This document shows positions 38,657 to 63,070 of a stretch of DNA of 64,000 nt, piece by piece; the first letter of the stretch is position 1, and each line of letters opens with the position of its first letter. Below the pieces are notes generated by a model, which saw only the letters and a program-made list of their open reading frames with translations, was not told the origin of the DNA and did not search any database. The position numbers and the translations under genes were made by a program. The stretch is taken from assembly GCF_009914755.1 (NCBI RefSeq), contig NC_060941.1, one strand, 5' to 3'. The stretch is from the human T2T-CHM13v2.0 reference genome, Homo sapiens.

Positions 38657-39024
38657 CAAAAAAAGGTAGATGCACACTGCCTTGTATCCTGGCAGCCAGC
38701 CAGGTCTACGGAGCCACACCGCACCCCACCTATTGATTTTCCAATTAGAGGCAAAGTCTTGCTGTGTTGCCCAGCCTGGCCTTGAACTCAAGCAATCCTC
38801 TCACCTCAGCTTCCCAAGTAATTGGGCTTATAGGCCACACCACTTTGCCTGGCAAAAAGATTTTACTTTAAAAATATTATGTTAGCAGCCAGGCACAGTG
38901 GATCATGCCTGTAACCGAAGCACTTTAGGAGGCCGAGGCAGGTGGATAGCTTGAGCCCAGGAGTTGAAGACCACCAGCCTGGGCAATATGGCAAAACACC
39001 CTCTACAAAAAAATACAAAAATTA

Positions 39025-39253
<229 letters not shown>

Positions 39254-39439
39254 TTAGGTTCTACTAAGCAGAGTGCTATCAGGTATATGTAATGTTATGT
39301 AAGCCATCTCGGTGAAGTCTTTGATCTAACCCTACTGGGACTGAGAGAGTGAACAGCTCTGCTGACTGGGTTTCAGACCCCTTGGCAAGGCCAACCCCAG
39401 CTCTCTGCTTCCACCAAGTTGGAGAAGCTCATTCAATTA

Positions 39440-39915
<476 letters not shown>

Positions 39916-39929
39916 TTAAAAAAAAAAAA

Positions 39930-42388
<2,459 letters not shown>

Positions 42389-43060
42389 TTTCAATTTATG
42401 ATTTTGAAAAATGCCAGGTGTAGACTTAAAAACACACGAAGAGAAACAGTGTTTGTCCAGCTTCATCATGGCCACACGGTGCAGCTAAGCAAGCAGTCCT
42501 GCACCACTGCCATCTGCACTGTGTCTGTTTGGGCTCGACTGCCTCGGTTTCCTCATCTAGGTAGAGAACCCGGATGGGTGCCCTCACAATGCGAGCCAGC
42601 TGAGGGCACAACCCTCTCTCGCTGCCACCAGTAGGGTCTGCAGAGCAGGCTGGAAAGCAGCTTCCCACTGCAGATCTGATTAGAAACAGCACAGACAGTG
42701 TCCTTGAAGTTCTTCTGGATTTATACAACTGCACAAATATCATGTCAATAAAAAATGCAAGAAAAATCGCCTGAGTCACTGTCCATCGCCGTTGTATTAC
42801 ACAGTGTCTTTTTGTATTTTTAGTAGAGATGGGGTTTCACTGTTGGTCAGGGTGGTCTCGAATTCCTGACCTCAAGTGATCCACCCACCTCGGCCTCCCA
42901 ACATTCTGGGATTACAGGCCTGAGCCACCGCGCCCAGCCAGGTGTTAAAAATTTTGTGTTTTGTTTTGTTTTGTTTTTGAGACAGGGTCTCATTCTATGG
43001 CCCAGGCTGGAGTACAGTGGCACAATCATGGCTCACTGCAGCCTCAATCTCCCAGGCTCA

Positions 43061-43732
<672 letters not shown>

Positions 43733-43883
43733 CTGAAAAGAAACAAATATTTATGGAAGGAGCAAGTGAGATGAAAGCAAAGACCAGCCTGGAATGAGCA
43801 GAAAAGGTAGAATCCCCCAGACTCCAGTCCTGGCCTGCGAGGCTGCCACAGAGCACGCCTCGGGAGATGAAGGACTCGCGCAC

Positions 43884-44041
43884 CGGGCGCGGCTCATGGC
43901 CTCCAGGTCCTGGAGCTCCCCGGCTCGGCTCTGGAGCTTCCTCTCCAGCTCGGCGTTGGTGGCCTCTGCCCTCTGCAGACTCTCTGCAGCCTTTGCCCCG
44001 GCTTCCTTCAGAGCCTCCAGCTCTTTGTGCAGTAGTTTAAC
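43884..44041 (-). CDS. CCDC57: CCDC57 exon 6 (VKLLHKELEALKEAGAKAAESLQRAEATNAELERKLQSRAGELQDLEAMSRAR)
   Basis: ttcaaag|GTT acceptor; CCG|gtgcgc donor; 158 nt; open coiled-coil frame. Confidence 0.93.
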
Positions 44042-44175
44042 CTTTGAATGATAAAAATGAGTTCAAAATGAGGTGATAATTAGAAGACACTGAGGCATTA
44101 GGGGTACATACTGCTGTTTTATCAGGATTGGGAGGGAGAAGAAAAATGAAAATTCAAGAAGCAGTAAAACAGTGA

Positions 44176-44525
<350 letters not shown>

Positions 44526-45165
44526 TGACAGCACTCAGTACCCCACCAAAATCAGTCTATTAGGGTGCCCCATACATGTCCAAGCCCAACAGACCAATTT
44601 AACTGCACTTCATTTCTTAGCACATAATTTGAAAGTTATTTAAATAAGGAAATTAAACACAAAGCCAGGGGTCTAGGAAGGGGCTCAGTGCTGAGCAAGC
44701 CACTCGCGTCCCAGCTGCACACTGAGCTCTTCGGTACCTTCCTGGGCCTGTTTCCCAGCCTGTAAGCCACGGGTGGTGACGATGGCTGCTGCACCCAAGC
44801 CTGCTGACATGAGGACCGGGCTGCGCCCGGCATGGGCAGGCGTCGAGACTCAGCTCTTGCTTTTCCTACTGATCTGTGCACCGTGATGCCCACCACGGGC
44901 AGGTGTCCAGGGCTGTGACCAAATCACACAGCAGATGCAGGCGGAGGTGAACTGGCACCCGGTGCCCACCTTTGACGGGAGTGCCCACCCTGCCATGGGG
45001 CACAGGGCATCCACATGGCCCACCTGCTCGCTGGGCTTGAACTCCTGGGCCCAAGGGATCCTCTTGCCTTGGTCTCCCAAAGTGCTGAGATGACAGGTGT
45101 GAGCCACCACACCTGACCAAGGAAAAACCGAAAAACCTTCACGACCCAAGGGTGCCCCCAGTTAC

Positions 45166-45267
45166 CTTAAGCTCCCGGGACAAGGCTGTGTTGCTCATGT
45201 TGTCAGCCTGCAGACGGAATTCGTGCTCCCTCTTCCGCATTTTCGATTCAAACTCCAGCAGCAGTTC
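45166..45267 (-). CDS. CCDC57: CCDC57 exon 5 ([34 protein letters not shown])
   Basis: tgttccag|GAA acceptor; AAG|gtaact donor; 102 nt, phase 0-0. Confidence 0.95.
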
Positions 45268-46539
45268 CTGGAACAAACAGGTTTCATGATGAAAGAACAG
45301 TGGGAACCCAGCAAAGACCCCCACCCACGTCCTGGGAGGTGGGATCCAGAGGTGAGCAGGACACAGTGTTTAACAGAGAAGGACCACACACACTGTCCAG
45401 GAGAGAAGCTGGGGTCAGCGACACTGGTAACAGCACTCTGGGAGGCCAAGGCGGGAGGATCGCTTGAGCCCAGGAATTCAAGACCAGCCTGGGCAACACA
45501 GTGAGGCCCTGTCGCTACAGAAAAAAAAAAGAAAAGAAAAAGAAAAATCCTTATCTCCATTGAGTCAATTCTACCTCTGACAATAACAAACACCAAGATC
45601 TTCCAAAACAAGACAAGAAATCAGAGCAAAGGAAACCATGAAACTGACAAGCACGTAAGACCCTAGCTTAGTAACTAAAAGGCTGAGATGCCGGCAGTAG
45701 AACAGAGCTTCCCGACAGCCAGTGCCAGCATCCCAGAGCCCACACAGGATCGGACTACCCAGAACCACACCGGATGTGTGCTGCCCAAGTTTCCCCTAGT
45801 AACCAAAGCTGCCACGTTAAAACGTCACGTTTCCTTCTTTCCAGAGACAAGGATACTATCTGAACATGATAAAAAATCCATGTTCCCAACGTCTGAGATG
45901 GCTCTCCCTGAACGAGCCCTGCTGAGTCTGAGAAATTCGGCGTGGACAGCCTGGGAAGTCAGCCATAGTCACGGCCCAGCCAGAAACTCTGACAAGAATG
46001 GCTGCGCCCTGCCAACTACAACCAGCCTCAAATCGCCACTGTCCCCAGATGCTGCCAAGAGCCCCCCACCTGCTGGGCAGGACCACCCACAGCTGGATCC
46101 TCCTCAAACTCCTTCTTTGGAAGTGACTTTGGAGCCACTTGAGGAAGCCTCACTACTTAGAAAAGTCACCACTGGTCTCTTACTGACCACGGATTTTAGA
46201 CGCTGGCTTCATGCCTAAAGAACTCCGGCTGTTCTCAAACTCATCCATAATCGACAAAGCTCTTTGGTTTCTGAGAATTCCAAGAGAAAGTCCTCTGCAG
46301 GCCATTTCAGAAGCAGCCTCAGGGACCTGTGAACAACGGGAGTGAGCTCAGCACTTCCGGGGACAACTGGACAGTCCACAGGAGGGCCCATCATGACGTG
46401 AGCGTGGCCTCCTTCTCTGCTGACCTGACTGTGGCAAATTAGTGACACACTGGCCTATCCTACTATGACCAAGCTCCCAACATCCGACAGGACCAGAGAG
46501 GGGACCCTGTCACACCTGCACAAAGCCCTTCATCACTGC

Positions 46540-47236
46540 TGCACCTGCACAGACGCAGCCCCTTATGACACCCCCATAGACACAGCTTCTAGTAACACTT
46601 ACACCTACCTGCATAGACAGAGCCATTTATTACACCTGCACCTGCAGAGACGCAGCCCCTCATCACACCTGCACCTTCACAGAAGAAGCCCCTCAGGACA
46701 CCTGCAGAGACGCAGCCCCTCATGACTCCTGCACCTGCAGAGACGCAGCCCCTCGTGACTCCTGCAGAGACGCAGCCCCTCATGACTCCTGCACCTGCAG
46801 AGACGCAGCCCCTCGTGACTCCTGCACCTGCAGAGACGCAGCCCCTCGTGACTCCTGCACCTGCAGAGACGCAGCCCCTCGTGACTCCTGCAGAGACTCA
46901 GCCCCTCGTGACTCCTGCAGACGCAGCCCCTCATGACTCCTGCAGAGATGCAGCCCCTCGTGACTCCTGCAGAGACGCAGCCCCTCGTGACTCCTGCACC
47001 TGCAGACACACAGCCCCTCATGACTCCTGCACCTGCAGAGACACAGCCCCTCGTGACTCCTGCAGACGCAGCCCCTCGTGACTCCTGCAGAGACGCAGCC
47101 CCTCATGACACCTGCAGAGACGCAGCCCCTCGTGACACCTGCACCTGCAGAGACGCAGCCCCTCATGACACCTGCACCTGCACAGGCACAGCCCCTCATC
47201 ACACGTAAACCTGCAGAGATGCAGCCCCTTGTCACA
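46540..47236. repeat. Variable-unit minisatellite (25/27/33-bp units: gactcctgca[cctgca]ga[ga]cgcagcccctc[a/g]t)
   Basis: About two dozen copies of the cagcccctc core. Confidence 0.93.
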
Positions 47237-47511
47237 TATGCACACAGTGGCAGCATCTCTGACTGTGGTCTCTAGATATAAATCTATAGGATGTCTTTCA
47301 ACAAAACCCCAGCACAGCTGAGTCTCTTGGAGGTGTAGGCTGAGTTTCCAGAACACTGAGGAGAAATTCGGTGACTGCCACTTTTCAGTTGAAGCATCTG
47401 TTTTTAAACTTATCATAATTGAATTCCAAATTCTTTTCCATAGTAAATAATTCATGTTTTTAAAATTATACCTTTCTAAAAATAAATTTAAAAGTTTCAT
47501 CATTTCTGAGG

Positions 47512-47985
47512 TGTGCTGGTTAATTCCATGTGTCAAATGACTGGGCTACGGGCTGCCCGGATAGCTGGTAAAAAATTATTTCTGGGAGTGTCTGCAAGGG
47601 TGTTTCCAGAAGAGACTAGCCCTCCTCCTGTGGATGGGCATCATTCAATCCACTGAGGGCCTGAATAGAACGAAATGCAAGGAAGGGTGAACTCGCTCTC
47701 TCTGCTTGAGCTGAGACACTCGCCTTCTCCTGCCCTTGGACATTGGGCTCCTGCATCTTGGGCCTTCAGAGCTGGACCAGGACTCACATCAGTGGCTCCC
47801 TGGTGCTCAGGCCTTTGCCCCTGGGCTGAATTACACCACCAGCTTCCCAGGTTTTCCAGCTTGCAGATGACAAACTGTGGGACTTCATGGCCTCCGTAAC
47901 TGCACGAGTGAATTCCTACAATTTATCTCCTATATATCTACACGTCTCCTATTGCCTGTTTCCCTGGAGAACCCTGACTAATCCA
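47512..47985 (+). mobile_element. MLT2-type (ERVL) LTR
   Basis: tgtgctggttaattccatgtgtcaa..gactgggcta start; ctggagaaccctgactaatcca end. Confidence 0.8.
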
Positions 47986-48216
47986 TGAGGAAAGAAAACA
48001 AGGAAACACTGTGGAGGTGGCTGCATGTAGACATCCCATCCTGTTTCCCTGCAGACCATCCCAGAGTGGCATCTGCCCCAAAGACCCCATTTTACTCCCA
48101 AGGAGAATGCAGGCAATGAACCAAATGGTTGTCTTTTCCTCAGCCCTATATGATTTCAGTTTCACAGTGGGCAGGCAGGGAAAGCACCCAGGAAGGGGCC
48201 GACCCAGAGGCTCTAC

Positions 48217-48325
48217 CTGTCTCTGCAGAGCAAGCTCACCGTCGAGCTCCTCAAGTTTTCTCTCCAGTGTCCATTTTAGATTTTCATACTGTTCCCGGTG
48301 GTGGTCAATCTCACCATTCTTGTCA
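48217..48325 (-). CDS. CCDC57: CCDC57 exon 4 (DKNGEIDHHREQYENLKWTLERKLEELDGELALQRQ)
   Basis: ttattaccatag|TGAC acceptor; CAG|gtagag donor; 109 nt restores phase 0 (cumulative 516). Confidence 0.95.
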
Positions 48326-48615
48326 CTATGGTAATAAAACAGCATTAAGAAAAGCCATACCAAATATTCAGCAAAGGTAATACATTTTCAAGGTGCACTT
48401 GACATGTGAAAGTTGGTGCTTTGCTTTTATGAAGGGGTGGCTTCAGCAGGACCCACGGGGTAGCAGAACTTCCAGCCCCACCTGGACCAGCATGCTACAC
48501 CCATCTATAAAAGAGGAAATTAAATAGGGCCCAGAGTCTCACAACATAAAACCCAAAATGTCCAGGATACAATTAAAAAAAAAACCTGACAACCAAAAAC
48601 CGGAAAGATCTGACC

Positions 48616-52732
<4,117 letters not shown>

Positions 52733-52899
52733 CTATAAGAGCTAGGTTCTATAAAATAGCTTCAACGCAGCACTCTGTCCATTTCACAGCTGAGAAAACT
52801 AAGGCTGCTAAGTGGCTACGTGAGGACTGACAGCAGGTCAGTCCCTCAGAACCAATGCCCCTTCCCACCCAACACCCTGCTCCTGGAAGATTCACCACC

Positions 52900-53311
52900 T
52901 GATATGGTTTCGATATTTATCCCTGCCCAAACCTTTGTGGAATTGTAATCCCCAACGGGGGAGCTGGGGCCTGGTGGGAGGTGTTTGGATCATGTGGGCG
53001 GACCCCTCGTGGCTTGGTGCCGTCTTTGTGACAGTGAGTTCTGGGGAGATTTGGTCATTTCAAAGTGTGTGGTGACAATGAGTTCTAGTGAGATGTGGCA
53101 TCTCTCCGCCACTCACACTCCCCTCTTGCTTCGTGCCTGCTCCTCTTTCACCTTCCGCCATGAGTAAAAGTTTCCTGAGGCCTCCCCAGAAGCGGGTGCC
53201 AACACTGTGCTTCCTGTACAGCCAGGAGAACCGTGAGCCAATTAATCTTTCTTTATAAATTACCCAGCGTCAGGTATTTCTTTCCAGCAATGTGAGAATG
53301 GTCTAATATAC
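52900..53311 (+). mobile_element. MST-type MaLR LTR
   Basis: tgatatggttt start; ccttccgccatgagtaaaagtttcctgaggcctcccca; ttataaattacccag..tcaggtatttcttt..ctaata end. Confidence 0.82.
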
Positions 53312-54405
53312 CATCCGAGAGTACATTCTTTTGTTCTTTTATTTGTTCATCATGGACTGATATTTTGGTAAAACCATAAAAATAAAGTGCTACAAAAAAT
53401 AAAATTTAAAAACAAAAATCACAAAAACCAATAAGCTGGGCACAGTAGCTCTCGCCTGCAATCCCAACATTTTCTGAGGCTGAGGTGGGTGGGTCATTCA
53501 AACTCAGGAGTTCCACGCTGCAGTGAGTGGTCTATTAAAAGATAAAGTTTCTTCTGGCTGGTCCTAGCTGCCCCCAACCCTTTAGAGGTCCAAGTATGAG
53601 CTCGATTTGGACACAGAAATCCCCCACAACTCTTCTCTGGTGTCCACACAGGGGAACTGCATGGCCTAAAAGGGCCACACCCAGTTGGGGGACAAGCACA
53701 AACTTCCGGCCTGGTGGGACATGGCCGGGGTGCTGCTGCCAGAGCAGGAAAAAGCCCCAGCCTGTCTTAGGGTACCTCTGTATCTCCGGGCACCTCTGCA
53801 TCTCGGGGCACAGCAATGGTTGTACAAAGTCCCAACTCCCAGAGGGAGCAGGTACAAGGGCACAGCCAGGCTGAGCACCGGCTGTGACGAAGCACAAGGA
53901 GGAGGTGGGTAAGGGGCTGCAAGACCCGTGGGCCCCTCCAGAAAGGGCTGGTCAGCAGGGCACACCCGCTGGGGGCACGAGGGCTCCCTGGGGGTCCTGA
54001 GACGGCGCTTCTCTGACGAGGCTCTGGAGCAAAGACGGTCTCCTCCATCCCACATGCTTCCTGCGATGCAACCCCCGCGCCCAGCACCCTAGGACCATCA
54101 CGCCACCTGGACCACCTCAGCCTGGCTCCTCCAAGCTGCTGCGTGCCCACCCATTGCCGGAGCTAACAGGGTCCCTACCGACCATCTCAGCACTCTCCCA
54201 CGCTCCTGTTCCTCGTCTCCCTCAGCTCCTACAACGGCCCCACCGTCCACCCCGTGTAATGATCCTTGACCTCTTGCTGTCTCCCACCTTGTGCCCACAC
54301 CTCGGCCACCACAGTGTCTTACCACAAGAGACCTCAACTGGCCTCTGCTGTGCACTCCCACTTTTTTGGCTGCCAAAGGAATCTTTTCAAAAATGCTTTA
54401 CCAGG

Positions 54406-54886
<481 letters not shown>

Positions 54887-56710
54887 CTAACTTCCATCTC
54901 ACGTTGGCACAACGACATCACCCCAGTGTCGGGTGTAGTGAGTCCCACTGTCTGGCACAGTCTTGGCGACTGAAACATTTTGTACACAGAGGACATGCAC
55001 ACACCTGTGCACACACCTGTGCACACACAGGGAAAGAATTGGACTATCAGCAAATACACATTAAATGATGGAACACCACTGTGATCTCTGATGACTCAGA
55101 ACCCTTCACACAGTGCCCGTGAGTCATGACAACGGTTCTCTGCAGAGCCTGAGGTCTGCGAGGTCTACGGGCCTCTTCTCTGAGGGACTGCTGTGGCCCC
55201 CGTCCTGTACCAGCTGCCCTGCCACTGGGCTTGCCTCCTTAACTCATTGGTCGCAGCCACCCATGGGGGTTGCTGTTCTGAGAATCTGATCATGCAATCT
55301 TATCTGGCCTCAAATGTGCCCGCGACTCCTGACCATTTTCAAAATAAAGTCCGATCTCCTTGGCACAGCGTATGAAGACAGACCGAGGACACGGCCCAGC
55401 CTGCGTGGCTCCAGCTGCTCCCTGCAGGCCCAGAGCAGCCTTTATCTGCCAGTTCCTGTGCACGTGCTACTCCAGGTCCCCATGCCCCCATCTCCCCACT
55501 GGGTGAGGTTCCTTCCCACCAGGTCTCAGGACTCAGCGGGTCACCCTGTTTTCAAAAGCTTCAGGCAGCCAGGACAGGCAGATGGCACGTACCACCCCCT
55601 CTATGTGAGATGGGTGCTCCCAGGCCTCTGTGCTCTGCACAGAAGAGCAGCCTGAAAAATCCATACAGCAAGTGACTCAGTGCAGCACCCGGTGAGAGCC
55701 CAGCATCTCCAGCGCTTTATCCATCACACTCAGGACCCATAAGAAGCCCCACACACCAAGGGCCTGTAAGTCAGCCGGGCTCGGCTCGCCTTTCCTTCTG
55801 ACCTCATCATAGAACGGCCTGCTCTGTTTCTGTACAAATCCCATCTCGGGATGATCCCCAAAGCCCCAAGGCTGAGATTAATTGGCTTTCAAAAGCACGG
55901 ACTCAGCATCTGGACGCAATCTGCCTGTCGGCCAGCAGGCGTCCCCAGCAAGCACCTGGTTTCAAGAAGGACCACATGAAGCTTCCGGGTTGGGGAGCGG
56001 CAGGAGAAGCCGCCGGGGAGGGAAGGCCTCGCTGTGCGTTCACCCTCTTTCAGGAGAACCAGTGGGGCTCCCTGAACCAGCCAGCTCCCAGCAGGGGCTG
56101 GAACAGCATGGGTGGGCATCCCATCACTTTGATTTTCTCATTTTAAAAATACTGAGCTGAGCTAACGGTGATGTTGTAGGTTTACCTGTTGTGGTACAAT
56201 GACACATCATGGTTTTCTTGCACAGTTCCTGGCTCATAACTCTCACACGTCACAGTCTTTTGTTGCAATGTTGGGCGTGTCAGGCCTCAGGAAACAGAAT
56301 CCTTCCAGGTCTCCACTCTCACCTGACTTTCCATTGTAGGTCATAAGATCCTCCCCAGAGCTCCCACCCTCTACCCTGGGGGAAGGAATGCTGACTTCAG
56401 GAAGCCTCCCTAAACACCCAAGAGGACAGGGTGTGGAGAGGTTCCTGGGGAGTGGTGGGTGGGGTGTGGGGGGGTCCTCCAGGAAGCCTCTTCCCCCATA
56501 TCTCCCCTTACGCATCTCCTCATCTGTATCCTCTGTAATACCCTTTATAATAAACTGTTACACGTATGTGTTTCCCTGGGTTCTGTGAGTCACCCCAGCA
56601 AATCAATCGAACCCAAAGAGGGGGCTGTGGGAACCCCAACTTGAAGCCAGTGGTCAGTCAGAAGTTCCGGAGGCCAGGACTCGCGACTGGTGTCAGAAGC
56701 GGGCAGTCTT

Positions 56711-57714
56711 TGAACCACCATTGCAAAATTATAACTCAGACAGTGAAAGAGATCTGACCTAACCAATTCCATCGTGCTTCTAACCTCCAAGCTCTCCTTG
56801 TTCATTCCTGGGTGTAGGCCGAACTAAGTTTAGGAGGAACTTAGTTTATAGTTTGAAACAAAGACAGTAACAGCCCTTTCCCGAAACAAACCCCCTTTTT
56901 GCCTGGGGACTAGACTGCCTTTGTAGGACTAACAAATTAGCCAAAAGATTAGAAATTATGGTTTAGGGCCAGGTGCAGTGACTGGCCCCGGTTGTCCCAG
57001 CACTTTGGGAGGCTGAGGCTGGATCACTTGAGCCCAGGAGTTCGAGACCAGCCAGGGCCACACGGCAAAACGCTGCCTCTACCAAAAATACAAAAATTAA
57101 CTGGGGCGTCGCTTGTAGTCTCAGCTACCAGGCAGGCTGAGGTGGGAGGATCGCTTGAGCTTACGACGTTGAGGCTGCAGTGAGCTGTGATTGCACCACT
57201 GCACTCCAGCCTAGGTGACAGAGTGAGACCCTGTCTCAAAAATAAAAAAAAAAAAACAAAAAAGAAATTATGGTTTAGGAGTCATGCAGCTACAGGCTAC
57301 AAGATTCTGACCTTCCCCAAATTGTTCCTGGGGTAACATCACTATTGTAAAACCTAAGATCAATCAGTGCTTGAGATATTTTGCAGACCCTGCACTCCAT
57401 GGATCAGCTGGCACCCCCGGATTGATAAACTGGCTCATCCGATCTTGTGGCCCCCACCCAGGAACTGACTCGGCGCAAAAGGACACCTTCGACTCCCTAC
57501 GCTTTCATCTCCAACTCACTGGCCCCCTACACACTAAGTTATCCTTAAAAACTCTGATCCCCGAATGCTTGGGGAGACTGATTTGAGTCATAATAGAACT
57601 CCGTTCTCCCGCACAGCCGGCTCTGTGTGACTTACTCTTTCTCTATCCTAATTCCCGTCTTGGTGAATCGGCTCTGCCTGGGCAGCAGGCGGGGTGGACC
57701 TGTTGGGTGTTTAT
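56711..57714 (+). mobile_element. LTR8 (ERV1) solo LTR containing an Alu (56966-57262, TSD agaaattatggtttag)
   Basis: tgaaccaccattgcaaaattataactcagacagtgaaagagatctgacctaacc start matches recalled LTR8; gtctt flanks both ends. Confidence 0.82.
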
Positions 57715-57751
57715 GTCTTGGGTGTTTATGTCTTGGGGACTGAGCCCTCAC

Positions 57752-57953
57752 CCTGTGGTCTGACCTCTCTCCAGGCAGGCGGTGTTGGAACTGAACCGAA
57801 GGACACCCGCCGAGTCTGCGGCAGAACTGACTGCTCATGTGCTGGTGAAAACCTCCCTCTCCCACCACATTTGATCACAGAAGTCTTCCTCTGTGCTGAT
57901 GATTCTTGTGGTATCAGAGTAGAGGAAAAACAGTTTGAGTTTTCCAGAAATAC
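57752..57953 (-). other. CCDC57: CCDC57 non-coding exon 2 (202 nt), derived from antisense MER21 LTR
   Basis: T-rich tract tttattttatgtgtattttattcacag|GTA acceptor; AGG|gtgagg donor; lies between the promoter and exon 3. Confidence 0.7.
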
Positions 57954-57974
57954 CTGTGAATAAAATACACATAA

Positions 57975-61450
<3,476 letters not shown>

Positions 61451-61455
61451 AGATA

Positions 61456-62290
61456 ATTTTTTTTTTTTTTGAGACCGAGTTTCGCTCTTGTCTCCCAGAC
61501 TGGAGTGCAATGGCGCGATCTTGGCTCTCCGCAACCTGCGCCTCTCGGTGTGGTACCCTACTTTGTTTTAACCTGACTGACTCTCTCTTAGCTGAGAGGG
61601 CCGGACAGACACCATTTTGGTTTCTTCGCTTGCAGCCCCTTGTCCCCGTCCCTTAAGGACATAACTGGGGCAAGCTGACTCCAAGCACATCCAGGAATGC
61701 GCTTACTGATAAAATACTGATAAGAAACTGGAGCAAGCTGTACCAGCAGCTCCTGGGAACGCGCTCGGTTGATGGTACCCAAAGCCCCTGCGTTTATCAC
61801 TTTGTGATAATTTAAGCCCCTGTACCTGGAACTGTTTATTTTCCTGTAACTGTTTCTGTAACCATTTATCTTTTAACTTTTTGCCTATTCTGCTTCTGTA
61901 AAAAAATCGCTTCAGCTAGCCTCCCCTCCTCTATTTAGACCAAGGTATCAAAAGAAATCTAGCCCCTTCTTCGGGGCCGAGGGAATTTGCAGCTCTAGCA
62001 GTCTGTCAGTCGCTGGCAATACAGGACTCCTGAGTAGTCTCAGAGTGTGGCGTTCTCTCTATAACTCCCTCAGTTACAACATCGGGTTCAAGCGATTCTC
62101 CTGCTTCAGCCTCCGGAGTAGCTGGGATTACAGGCGTGCACCACCACGCCCAATAATTTTTGTATTTTTAGTAGAGAGGGGGTTTCACCATGTTGGCCAG
62201 GCTGGTCTCGAACTCCGGGCCTCAAGCAATCTGCCCGCCTCTGCCTCCCAAAGTGCTGGGATTACAGGCGCGAACCACCGCCTCCGGCCT
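61456..62290 (-). mobile_element. Alu (minus strand) split by an LTR insertion
   Basis: Alu sequence gcaacctgcgcctctcgg | tcgggttcaagcgattctcc continues across the LTR. Confidence 0.9.
61549..62081 (+). mobile_element. Solo LTR, probably LTR6B
   Basis: TG...CA termini, 4-bp TSD tcgg (61545-61548 / 62082-62085), clear similarity to the LTR at 24258-24903. Confidence 0.8.
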
Positions 62291-62647
62291 TTTTTTTTCT
62301 CTCTCTTTTTTTTTTTTTTTTTAAACTCACAGACACTGTAAGGCTGCCTGGGCGCGGAGCCGTCCTTGCCGGCGGCGGAACCCGGGGAATTCTCCCGGGG
62401 CTGCGGGGCCCTGGTCGGCAGCGCCCACCGCCCCAGGTCACCCACGGGAGACCGAGGGAACGCTCCCGCTCCACGCGGCCGCAACCCCCGCCCCGCCCCG
62501 CCGCAGCCTCCGCGAGGGGATCCCCGGTCCGGGCCTGGCCGAGCTCTGAGGGTCGACCTCGCGCTCCAGGTCCCCACCAAAGCGCTGCGTCCGACAGGAC
62601 GGCAGCTGCTGGGGTTTTCTACAGGAAGAGTGGTCGGAGCGGCGCCC

Positions 62648-62691
62648 CCCACGCCTCCCACGCCTCCCACGCCTCCCACGCCTCCCACGCC
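62648..62691. repeat. 9-bp tandem repeat (cccacgcct) x~5 in the CpG island / intron 1
   Basis: Direct reading. Confidence 0.92.
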
Positions 62692-62949
62692 GCCCGCCGG
62701 CACCTCACCCTAACGCCCGCCAGCAGCGCTGGCCAGGTCCCGCCGCGTTGCCACAGCGACCGGGTCAGTCGGCCGCGTCCGGCTGCGCTCGGTGCAGCGC
62801 TCGGGTCCCGCCGACAGGAAACGGGGTCCCTGGCGCTAGGTTCCGGCCCCTCCCGCCCCGCCGGGTTCCGCGCTGCGCCCGGGTCCGAGGGGCGCCCCGG
62901 CCGACCCGACCACCGCCGCAGATCGAAGGAGGGAGCCCGGCCTCCTCAC

Positions 62950-63070
62950 CGGTCAGCGGGGCGACTCCGGACGGGGCTCCGGGCTATGGGGACGGCGGGT
63001 TCCGCCGCGCGAGGCGCCCCCACCTTCGCCGCCCCCGGCCCGGCCGAGGGTCCCCAGGCGCCCGCTTCCT
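62950..63070 (-). other. CCDC57: Probable CCDC57 exon 1 (5' boundary approximate)
   Basis: Donor CCG|gtgagg at 62950/62949 inside the CpG island; no ATG in the exon; ETS-like GGAAG (cttcc on +) near 63065. Confidence 0.65.

Larger units (their letters stand above)
56188..57953 (+). mobile_element. MER21-family LTR split by an LTR8 insertion
   Basis: ttataataaac..gtgtttccctgggttctgtgag..gggcagtctt | gtcttggggactgagccctca continuity across the insertion. Confidence 0.75.
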
